In this document: in pieces, positions 25,601 through 37,223 of the stretch | Layout: every line of letters begins with the position of its first letter | Position numbering within the stretch: position 1 is the first letter of the stretch | NCBI GenBank assembly: GCA_051362555.1 | Contig: CM120642.1 | Location: forward strand, 6,510,001-6,574,000 | Direction: 5' to 3' | Source of the DNA: Lingula anatina | Lineage: Eukaryota; Animalia; Brachiopoda | DNA length: 64,000 nucleotides | Notes under the pieces: generated by a model | The model's input: only the letters and a program-made list of their open reading frames with translations | Database searches by the model: none | What the model was told of the DNA's origin: nothing | Program-made: the position numbers and the translations under genes

Positions 25601-26889
25601 GTTTAATAAGATTAAAAGAGACGAAAGAGAAGTACGGCGTAGAACACATCTGACCGCTGTTAGCATGAATTTACGTGTACACCTGTACATTTTATTAAGG
25701 TTTGATGGTGTTACGTGTACCTTGCTACATTTAAAACTTGCCTTTTTCTGCCAAATAAGAACTCTTGATTACTAAATACGGCTGATAAGGATACAAACGT
25801 CCCGCATTTATTAAAGAAAGTATATATCCTGAATATTAAACCAGTTATAGAATATTTCACATAAACTCTTATTTCTTAGTCTCAGACCACACGAGAAAAA
25901 CTGCTACTCGAATCCCAATCTTCAACCGGGAATATTGGTGGTGGCCAGCTCAAAACATTAGTATGGACGTTGGAACACTTTATGTAAGTCACAATATATA
26001 TATTTCAGACAAGTAAACACGTTCTTCCGTTACATGAAAGAACTTTGATCATATTGTTTGATTAAGGACTGCGGATCCATGGTTACGATAAGGGGGGGGG
26101 GGTTTAAAAAAGGAAACGGTACAGGGGTAGTTGAGCACAGTTTTCTTATAATATGTAGGGAACGATGAGATATAATATAGATGAACAAGTTAGAGCATCT
26201 TTCTTTTTCGTGGATCCTCTTCTTCATAGTGCACGATCGCGGGACTATGCTCTATTTGTTTTACATATATTTTAGACTGTGACGTACAGCAAGAAGTTCG
26301 GCGCCAGCGGGTTAAATGTGCTCTGGTCAGGGAGTGCCCAAGAAATGTATGCTCCCTACGGGTGCTCACGATGGTACTTCACCTTCAACGATAGCGAATG
26401 TAGCAACCCAGGGAAAATTGAGAGTATCAAGTTAAATAGATACTATGAAAGCAATAAGGTTGTATATTATAACAGCCCGTTTACAGGTATTGTTTGATAA
26501 TTTCTCGTTAAAGCCGTTATTCAGTTTCTCGTTTGTTTGTTAGGTACAGTCAATTATACGCCTGCTAATATCCTTCACATAATTGGCACTGACACAGATT
26601 TGTTGACTTAAAGAAATCGTTTCACAGAATCTCAAACCTTCAGCGTTGACTTAATGTCCTTAAAGACTCTATAGGTTTATATTGAACGTACACGTTGTTC
26701 ATACATGTTTTATGGTACTTCTATAGGCGAATTTTAATTTCAGTTCAAGGCACTTGCCAGGGGATATCAGCCGGGGACGTCACTGTTGCTTTGAAAGTTG
26801 GTTCTTGTGCTAACTATTCAGCACAAGAGACGTTAACATCCTGGGGAACAAAGACTTCACTTATGATAGAAGAAACATTTCACGGTTAA
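16817..26889 (+). CDS. Paralog B: signal peptide-PAN/apple-Cys-rich module-3x CTHRC1 C-terminal domain protein (594 aa), 11 exons
   Basis: Exons 16817-17161, 19395-19491, 21099-21190, 21533-21731, 22895-23041, 23925-24010, 24512-24707, 25114-25275, 25880-25983, 26276-26486, 26744-26889, totalling 1785 nt in one frame. Start context CCACCATG; AATAAA at 26949-26954. Confidence 0.88.
19683..21004. mobile_element. 1.3-kb non-autonomous TIR element (Harbinger-like, CAG TSD), B-specific
   Basis: TIRs GGCCCGGTTGCACCAAC / GTTGGTGCAACCGGGCC flanked by CAG on both sides. Paralog C has the empty site (GACAG-CAG-TCG, ~44321-44331). Contains a ~110-bp near-perfect palindrome at 20582-20691. Confidence 0.8.
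21775..22100. mobile_element. Kolobok-like MITE (TTAA TSD) in intron 4 of B
   Basis: TTAA|AGGG...CCCT|TTAA. C has a single TTAA at the equivalent site (~45073). Confidence 0.7.
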
Positions 26890-27514
26890 TAGAACCCCAT
26901 TGTAACTTTCCACGCAACCCGGACAAAATGGAATGGCCAGTTTACTAGAATAAATAGTCACCACGTGTAGAACTAAACAGGCTGTTGTGAAAATGCTGAT
27001 TTATTAAACTGAAAATGAACTAGGTTCGGCGCATTTGAATCTATTTCCTTATCTGCTTAGATAATGTGGAAGTAAACATTGCCATGTTATGAGATAATGC
27101 TGGCGACACAAAATTAATCTGGGCAAATTGCTTATCCGAACTGCTGAACAGAAACAGGGATGTTAAAGGTATTGATATCGAAGATGTCTTTATGTTAGAG
27201 CTTAAATAAATCATACCTGTACTGTCTCTTTGACATTTCCTCCCACGTTTAACATAATATGATAAAAAAGAACATAAAAGAAAAAATAGGTTTCTTCTGC
27301 TTAAGTTTACAGAGATTCACCGCTCAATGACCAACTTAGCAGTTTTGTATAACCTTACCTTGTGTCAAAACAAAATTAATATTTAACATGTGTGTCCGTT
27401 AGCCGTACCGTGACATACTTTCGTACATGTTAACATTGCACCTCTCTGTCATTTGTGTACAGGGTAATCTGTTCTGACCTTATAATTCTCGCTGTCTGGC
27501 TATGTGTGTGTGCT

Positions 27515-29313
27515 AAGAACAATTGCTAGCCGAAATTAATGTTCTCGCTCACAAAGACGTCCAGTGTTTCCTCGTATTTCACTAACGTTTTGTTGGGAAT
27601 CAGAATGGCAGTAAAACACACACATATAAAAGGAAACAGGTGTCTTATCTTTTACCCATCCTTACCTTAAATACTTTGTTATGATGTCTACGGACTACAG
27701 ACCATTATTTGCTTATTTGATCCGCTTTAGGACGGTTAAACAATTACTTTTTTTAGTGAGTCAAAAATCGGACTTCATATAACGGCGGCACGAAGTAAAA
27801 AATAAATCACTCTTAAGATGTTTTTCCTGCATTTTTTTCTTTTTAAATGATTAAAACTCAGACGCAGCTGATGTATATACATCGGTGGCTGGTCAAGGGG
27901 AAAGATCACCTCACTTAGCTTCCTAGGCAACCGCGACCCAACGAACAAAAATTAGATAAAAGCCAGTAACTTTTCCATCCAGGTGCACACAAATGCACAT
28001 ACGAGGGTAGATGACAGACATCTCGATGTTAAAAATAGCAAAATCACACCAGGAACGTCCACATCCCAAGGTACACTAAAATTCCGAAGGACCCACAAGA
28101 TCCCTAAAAATAGGCTTATTATTACTCGACTGTTCAAGTCCCTACCTCTATTGATATAGGGGTAGATACAGAAAATACGATGTAAAGATTAGAATACCCC
28201 CGCAGGGACGGCCACACCCCAAGTTGCACTAAAATTCGGAGGAGCCTTTTCAAACCCCTAACCATATGTTTATTAATCCCCAAAGTTTCAAGTAGGCCAT
28301 GATGTTTACTCAAGAAATGGTTCACTAAAGCCTAAGACCAGAGTGAAATTTCTTAGCGAACAAACGGTCTTAACAATACGAATGGAATTGATGGAAAACT
28401 CATGTGTGTGAAATAGGGGCCTAAGGACAATTGCTAGCCGAAATCAATGTTCTCGCTTACAAAGACGTCAAGTGTTTCCTCGTATTTCGCTAACGTTTTG
28501 TTGGGAATCAGAATGACAGAAAAACACACACAAATAAAAGGAAACAGGTGTATTATCTTTTACCCATCCTTAATTTTAAAACTTTGTTATCATGTCTACA
28601 GACCATTATTTGTTTAATTGATCCGGTTTAGGACGGTTAAACAATTACCTTTTTTAGTGAGGCAAAAATCAGACTTCATATAACGGCGGCACGAAATTAA
28701 AAAATAAAGCACTTTTGACTTAAGATGTCTTTTTCCTGCATTTGTTTTCTTTTTAAATGATTAAAACTCCGACAAAGCTGATGTTTATACAACGGTGGCT
28801 GGTCAAGGGGAACGATCACCTCACTTAGCTTCCTAGGCAACCGCGACCCAACGAACAAAAATTAGATAAAAGCCAGTAACTTTTCCATCCAGGTGCACAC
28901 ATGTGCACATATGAGGGTAGATGACAGACATCTCGATGTTAAAAATAGCAAAGTCACACCCAGGAACGTCCACATCCCAAGGTACACTAAAATTCCGAAG
29001 GACCCACAAGATCCCTAAAAATAGGCTTATTATTACTCGACTGTTCAAGTCCCTACCTCTATTGATATAGGGGTAGATACAGAAAATACGATGTAAAGAT
29101 TAGAATACCCCCGCAGGGACGGCCACACCCCAAGTTGCACTAAAATTCGGAGGAGCCTTTTCAAACCCCTAACCATATGTTTATTAATCCCCAAAGTTTC
29201 AAGTAGGCCATGATGTTTACTCAAGAAATGGTTCACTAAAGCCTAAGACCAGAGTGAAATTTCTTAGCGGACAAACGGCCTTAACAATACGAATGGAATT
29301 GATGGAAAACTCA
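27515..29313 (+). repeat. Local ~900-bp tandem duplication 3' of gene B
   Basis: ~27515-28403 is repeated at ~28425-29313 (duplicate ORFs MNHFLSKHH... and MNSRVIISL...). Single copy at ~52680-53570 downstream of C. Confidence 0.9.
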
Positions 29314-30947
29314 TCAGAATTTACTCATATTCAGCTGAATGTTTATTAGATGGCCAAAAAACCGCAAAACATTAGCACCATATGTAAGAAAATAGTTAAA
29401 AATAATATTACAATAAATTACCACATGTAACAAGAGTGTACAAAAACGTTCGTATCAATTTCGCAATTGCTTACAAGTGACGTTTTTTTCTAAGTGCGTC
29501 GATGAGTTTTCGCATTCTAGCTTTTGCATGCCCAATGGCGATTCTCTAATATCCACCGTGCGTCTGCTGTTACTGTTGCAGATATCCAATGAAGCTAGAG
29601 CTCAGGATTTTCAATCCAATCATCAACATAAGCAGTGGAAAACTGTCTGATATTTCTATTGCAAATGAGAAGCGTATTGCAATTGAATTAGAATTGAGAC
29701 ATACTAAATGGCTCATCTGTCAGACGAACTGCAAACCAATTGCATGGTCACCTTACTTCTGGGTACATGTAGGAGCCTGGTTCCCAAATCCTCACCAACA
29801 CTCCTTAATCACGTAAACTTAATCATGTAATCTTATATTGTTCCAAATGTGGTGCTGAATTAAAAAACTAAAGCACTTTTAAGATTTTTTTCCTGCATTT
29901 TTTTCTTTCTAAATTATTAAAACTCAGACGCAGCTGATGTTTATACATCGGTGGTTGGTCAAGGCTGGTCGCCTCAGTCAGGGAATATGAATAGATCAAA
30001 GAGCCAGCCTTTCTGCGAATACGCGCTTGAGTTAATAACTATTCTTCACTACAGTTGTTCCGTCGACTTTGCATTGCTAGATAACTAATACAATAACAAA
30101 TAATGCGAATTTTGGATACTGTAGTATCATGTCAAGTATGAAGTTGTCAAACTTCTAACGGACCATACAAATGGCTAAACTAAACCCTCGAAAACTGCAG
30201 ACAAAAGCAACTGCATAGGGGTTTATATGGTAGCGTATAAAAACTCGTGAGATCAAATAGATGCACCATCTAAGAAAGCTCCCACCCCTGCCGTCTTCAA
30301 TACCAGATTCGGCGATCTCGTGGCTTGTGATTCTTTGATAAATCAATGTACACGTATGGGATGTTCTACCTCTGTTCATCAATTAACAACCTCGTGTCTA
30401 ACTCCGCTGCGTGTTGTTATTCCAAACGGCCATCGCCATTAATTTTTCTTTTTTTTCTCTGTTGGATTTTACCTCTGCGTTTGATTGACTGACCGGTGTT
30501 ATGTAATACGGGTCGGCCACAGTGCAAAAACCCGAATTCCAATATATTTTGTCTTATAATGATTAAACTGAATTGTGTGCAGGCCTTTAATATACGGGAG
30601 TTTTGTATATTTGCTCCAAACAAATCCCTTTATTGCTATATCCAACAATCTTAAAAGAGCGGCTATTCAAAACATTTCTCTTTTTTACAAAGACAATTTT
30701 CCCGATGAGTGTGATATACAAGTATGGACTACAACAGTAGTGGTATACAGTGCGTTTTTCTGGTGAATGTGCATGTTCAACTACGTCCAACAAATGCTAG
30801 TATCTGCAATTAAGTAATCTGGTAAGGTTTCTCTCAAAAATGAAAAATTGGAACATGTTGGACGATAACTGTGTTTCAAACAAAATGTTAACATGCACGT
30901 CCCCATTTATCACAACATAACTTAAGACTTTAAATAAAATGGCTTAC

Positions 30948-32954
30948 CTTTCGATCTCTCAATTTAATGATCACGTGAATCGAGTCTGGCTCAGACAATA
31001 CTGTTGGTTCGACCGTCAAGGTCTGCTAGGCGAAAGACGTGTATCTTGGAATCTTTTCCTGTAAAACACAACAGTATATAGACTAAGTCTGTGTGCTTGC
31101 ACGAACGCCAGCTTTCAATTAAGTCAATAACACAGCTTTTGAAACCATTAAACTGACTTGAAACTTTTAAAATTTAGAGTATCAGCTTTCATTTAAAAAA
31201 AAGAACGTACCTTTCTCTGACCGGAAAATGATTAACCCATGGGGCTCCACGACATCAATTTGCTTAATGCTGACCGTTCGATCAAATATTAGCCTTGGGA
31301 TACAGCCCTCTATAAAAAAGTTAGACAATGATGTTAAATCAAATCATATCTTAAAATCAAGAATAACGCAAAAGCGTGTAGCTTTATATCTAAAATTATA
31401 TTTCCAAATACTATTATTATTATTGATGTGCAATCCCCCTTAATGCATAAAAAAACAATTAGTTGTCAACATATCAGTAACATTTACCCCCTCCCCCGCT
31501 CTTAAACAATCTATTTTTCACTTTGTTTTACTAAATGTTATGTCATGCCGATATCAAAATTACAGGTATGTTCCAGCGGGTTACATTCTTTATGAGTGCC
31601 TTTATTAAGAATGCGATTTGCAACAACCGTTCTTACGATTGCGTCATGAAATCGGAATTTTACTCCCAAATTCGGTGATGGCAATAAAAAACCGTGCTTC
31701 AGCTCAAAAACAGCTGTTTCGTTTATAAGGCTTGATAAGGAAAAATTGATTTTAGTCCGTCAGCAACGAACGTCGCAACAACCACATCCATTTAACGAAT
31801 CCAAACTTCTCTACATTAACCTATTTTGCGATGAGATATGCTAAAACAAATAAGTAACGAATACTAAACTTTTTGGTTCAACTTACCTTCAATAACCATT
31901 GTTCCCACTTCCGTTACAATGATGAGTTTGTCACCTGCAACAAAATGGCCCTATCATATGAAGAACACCGACAAAAATGAAGTAACACAGTGTGTAACAG
32001 TTAAGGTCAAAATTTCCATTCCGTTAAATATACATGTATAACCAAGATCAGTGAATTTCAACCACGCGTTTGATATGCATGGACGTCGACGTGATTCACT
32101 TAATTCAAAGCTACGTTGTTTGAATTCGAAGAGAATGGGTAGAAATACGATGGAGCACAGCTTTATGTAATAGACTAATGGGATTATTTTTATGTGTTCG
32201 CGTGTGAAATGAAGAATGTGTCATTTAAGTGGCAGACTGACTGCAAAGGTGTTCGTGTTTACTAACCCCATGAATCCCCGCATATGATCTCATTTGGAAA
32301 GCTGTGGTAAAAACACTGCGGTTCCCATGGCTGCAAAGAAAGAAAATAACATAACAAAATAAAAACGATATTCACAATGAGACAAAGGATTTGGATACAG
32401 AACGCATGCATATTTAAAAGCATTATATCAAATAACAGAGAGAAATTAAATACGTCAGTGATGAGATGATTTGTGGGAATAAAAAGTTTTTTTAGTGGGG
32501 GGGGGGGGGGGGGGCATTTACAACACAGCTATGGCGAGGACTTTTTAAACTAAATTAAATGTACATGTAAGTGAATGTTCTGGCACTGTGACTTCAGGCA
32601 TTTGGTGTAAATCGCACATCTGTATTAGATTGATCGGAGAAGATAACTGTTTTTTAAAGGATCCGAAACAAATAAAAAACTCTATTGCAAACAGTGATAA
32701 AGGTCTGTTATTTGCAGGTATGTGTTATTACTTCAATGAGGCTCCAATCTGTCCATTATAAACTGTCTCACATAGATCCTCAAAGATAAAATATGACAAA
32801 AAATACCTCTCTTTTCAACATCCCGGTGGTGATGAGGCTGGTGGGGGCGTCCCCCTTTAGTATAATATTTAGTTTGAGGGCCTGGCCAGCGTCGTCACCC
32901 ATGCTGGTAATCCGGTATGACGTCACTGAATGCTCTGCGGTTCAACATCGTGTT
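30948..32954 (-). pseudogene. Partial GARNL3 pseudogene (5 internal exons)
   Basis: Exon copies 32954-32807 (TGA at 32897-32895 plus a net 35-nt deletion), 32330-32267, 31934-31887, 31309-31211 and 31058-30948 (TGA 30993-30991, TAA 30966-30964). No 5' exons, and the 3' exons are deleted. Confidence 0.9.
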
Positions 32955-35642
32955 CTGAAATTACAATGCATGGCATATAGAAATCAGGTTGCTTAAAAGA
33001 AAAAACACGTACTGGCTCGGATCCAACTTACGAACATCTGAATTACGCCTTCGAAGGTATTGCACGAGCAATGTAACGGTACATGCACTTGTACTGGTAC
33101 ATGTATATGCAACTCATCTTTTTCACTCAGCGGCTGTACATGTACACATAAATGTACGCCAGTCGTACCTTATTTAAAAAGTATGCTTTAACATTAACTG
33201 ATTACTCTGTATTTTGATGGAATATTAACAACCCGCCAACTAAATAATCACCCATGGTGATTATTAGTTAGCATAACGATGGCTCGATATCTTACTTTTC
33301 AAAAGATGTGTATTTAAATAATTAAAATTTTAATCATTAAAATGATACTGTGGCATAGAGCACAAAGTAGTTCAAATCATTTTTAAGTGTGTGCATTCGC
33401 ATAACATGTGAACTTTATTAATTTTCAAATATATCCGTTAATTTTGACAAGGTTCGTATTCTAAATCTCATAGCGAAAAGCGCTTGTGGCACTGATTCAT
33501 ATGAGTCTCTGCTCACTGACTACACAATCAATTTTTAAACTCGTAAGTTTATGTGGGGACACAACTTATCATTCGCCACGCTAAACTTCAATATATAGCC
33601 CCAGAGCGCTGGGGGAATATGGAACTCTGAGACTGACAAGAAACTACAAAGAAAAGGGGGACTGAGGCCGTCTTCTGGGTCTTCCGGAAGACTGTCAAAT
33701 TTTCAGGTTTACATAAATATTGACGGGTATATAATGTTTTCTGTTGGAAGACGGTCAAAATGGAGGATGGATGAACAAAGATAATTAGGAAGACTGTCAG
33801 AAAATGTCTCTGGATCCGCCCCTGTTATGTCTATTTGACTTGAATTGCTTTCAAAACATTTGCTTTTGTTGAACAAAGTGTTTGCATTGGATCATTTTGC
33901 ATCTTTTTTTTAAATATTTCATGCCGTCCGCTAAACTTAGTAAAATCGTGATGCAACATCTGGTTTTTATACCACACTAATTCTTTTCGTCCTAAACCGG
34001 GTCAATTAAGCAAACCATCGTCTTATGACTTCATACAATAACCTGTGAAATAAGAATGGGCAAAAGATGACACATCTGTTTTCTTTTGTTTTTGCTTTTT
34101 TTTGTGTGGTTCCTAGCAAATATGAAAAAGACTTGGCTTCTTTCAAAGTGAGAACATTGATTTGGACAGCAATTGTTCATAACATAACATAACATAACAG
34201 ACAAAGAGAATTTTAAGTCTCCAGAAGAGACAAGTAGGCACATTGTAAACACACAAGAAATTATGTTATGGTACGGCTAATTGACACCCGTGTTGAATAT
34301 TGGTTCTGATTTTACGTATTTGCCACTGGGTTAGGTACGCCTACATACGTAATTTAGTTGAAACTTACCGATTTAAAGGTAAAAATTCCTGGAATATTTT
34401 TTGTTTTAATTTCTGAAAGAAATTTAAAAATTTTTCACCATTCAACTTGCCTGGACATCATAATACATTTTCTTTGAATTTCTTTTTTTATTTTATTTTC
34501 ATCGGCATACATGTACAAATTTGCATTTGCAACGACCAAATGTAAATTTGAGGAAATCAGGACTTTTTTACCTATCTTTCCAAAGGAAATCTATAAATTT
34601 AGGATCATACTTTGTGGTTTATCTGTGCTCTAACATTGTACATACTTTGTATTTGTTACTTACCCCTATTTAAGAAAAATAAAAAAAACGACATTAATAT
34701 TAATTATTTCAATGGTATGTAAATTTATATATATTCTTCTCATTTTCAAAGGGAAAAATAAAAATAGAATTATTTATCTGACTGTGTTTGCAGAGAATCG
34801 GCCCTTATAAAGCTACGTATCAATTTTGTCTGGCCTTACCTTGTGCCAACGAAGAAAATATTTTAGTTTTGAATTTTTTAACACTTGTGTTCGTAAACCG
34901 CACTGCAACATGCTTTCTTACCTGTTTACATTGCACTCCTTTGTCATTTCTATATACTTTCCTGACTTTGAATTTCTCTTTGTCTGTTTTGTGTGTGCTC
35001 AAGGACAATTGCTGTCCAAAATCAGTGTTCCAGCTTTCAGGACGTCAAGTGTTTTTTGTATTCCATAACGCATTGTTAGATATTGGAATCACAGTAAAAA
35101 AAAAAACAAAAAAAACAAACAAAAAAAAAAAACAGGTGTATGATTTACTACCTGACCTTACTTCACAGGTTATATTTTGATGTGGCGAGATGATGGTTTG
35201 TTCAATCGGCCGGGTTTATGACGATTTAAAAAGAAATGTGGTATAAAATTACGCATAACGCTTTAACTAAGTATAGCGGGCGACTTGAAATAACCAAAAC
35301 TAACACTCTCACAACAAATTACTGCACACATTTACTTCACTCAAGTTCCAACAAAAACAATTGCAAATGCTTTGAAACCAATTCAATTTTTATCGACTTG
35401 TGTAAAGCTTCCCGACAATTCCTGAATTATTAATGTGATCAAAATAAGGATGCATGTTGCCTATAAAAGATGCCATGATACACATTGTGGCGTAATTTTG
35501 TTCTCAATCTAATATTTTCTTATAGTGAGCCACGACCAAAACGTTGATGCACTGTATTCGTGTCTGATCTAAGGCACATGTGGTAAAGCGCTAGGCAGAT
35601 CTTATGAACTGACTATCATTTAAAACCTTTGGAAAATACACC

Positions 35643-37162
35643 ATGCGGGGCTTTTACTTATCCCTGTGGTACACAGCGTTAGGGTCCTGCATAAAAAATG
35701 TCTGCGCTGTCACTGTTGATCTGTGTGGCGGCCCCTCCCGTGAACTCAGATGCGCCAATTTTCAACAAGTTTTTACTAACTATACCGCTACCCTTATACT
35801 GGACACTGTAGAAGCGAGCACCAAGTTGGAATGTACCGGAAAATGTGGAGAAACTGAAGGTTGCGCGGCAGTTGTATTCAAGAACCAAGATCACATGTGC
35901 CATATGCTCCCTGAACCCCAAAATGTCTCGCAGTTTTCCTCCACTTCCCCAACTGGGATATGGATGGCCAATGTTAGGGACATCTCGGTGAGTAGTTTTG
36001 TTTTTTGCTTCTTTTTAATGTTAAAAACTCAGATGCACATCATGTTTATACAATAGTGACTAATATAAGGGAAAACGGAGTACACGCGCAGTTAGCTTTT
36101 TAGGCGCACCCTCTCCCCCCCAACAACAACAACAAATTGCGATTTAAAACCAGTTCATTTTCCATCACCCTATCATCTATGGCTGATGTCCATTGTCATA
36201 CAGAGCAGATTTTATAAATTGTATATGACACAGATTTTGTATGCATATTATTATCAAAAAAATATTATTTGATGCGAGAAAATCTATCAGCACCTTTTTA
36301 AAAATCCATATCACTCTGGCAAATCCACAGTATGATACGCAGTGCACTTTATGTCTCATTAATCTCAATTTAATTTTTCAAAAGCGAAAAAATGAGAAAA
36401 TGTATTTTAGCGATGTATATCATATTAGGTATTTTTCAAAAGCGCCTGCTGTTTTTTGTCTTTATTTTATAAAAACAGTTTCTATGGAGATAATTGACAT
36501 CGTTATAAGTCTAACTAGTCCAAGAGGACTGGGAAATTTGTAAAAAAAGTTTAATACTAGACCCATGGCAAATCTACAAGTTAGTCGACTCCAAACGGTG
36601 GATAAAATTGCAGCCTGCGATTATGTTCAAAGGGATGAAGAGAAACCAATGCCCTTGTTATTAACTCCCTGTCTATAATGAGTACCATTTTGAACGACAC
36701 ATGAAAAACACCCCAGCGGGCAAATTATGTTGTTTTAACGTTGAAACAACAGTGAACCATAACGTTGATAATACGTTTGATAAACATTGGATTTGAAAGT
36801 TGACTCAACGTCAGATAACAACATTGTATCAACCCCAGTTGTTAGACAACATTCTTGCACGAAAAGACATTAAAATGACCTGAAATGTTTTATTTTTGGT
36901 ACAAAACACAGGTACACAATTATAACGTACATTGTAAAAACATCCAAGTGCCTGCTTTGTCTGATTTTTCCAACGCTCCTAAGCATGTATTGCACCTAAG
37001 CATGGTACACCCTTTTAGCCTGGATGTGTTTAGCAGTAGGACATGTTTGATGGCTAAATATATGTAGGGTATATATGTATGGCCTTTAAGTTAAAATTTC
37101 CAAGGTTTAGATTAATATATATATATATAGTTATTTTCTTATATATATATATATAAGAACAT

Positions 37163-37223
<61 letters not shown>

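Larger units (their letters stand above)
15076..33633 (+). repeat. Left unit of a tandem segmental duplication (right unit ~33826-63181)
   Basis: 15076 onward aligns to 33826 onward (GTC.ATTTGACTTGAATTGCTTTCAAAACATTTG). Colinear through gene B/C, the 3' flank and GARNL3 exons, ending at 33633 = 63181. Confidence 0.85.

Noticed and set aside
27952-29236. Repeated ORFs MNSRVIISL... and MNHFLSKHH... (also ~53100)
   Set aside because: By-products of a non-coding duplication. Frames are not preserved between copies and starts are non-ATG.
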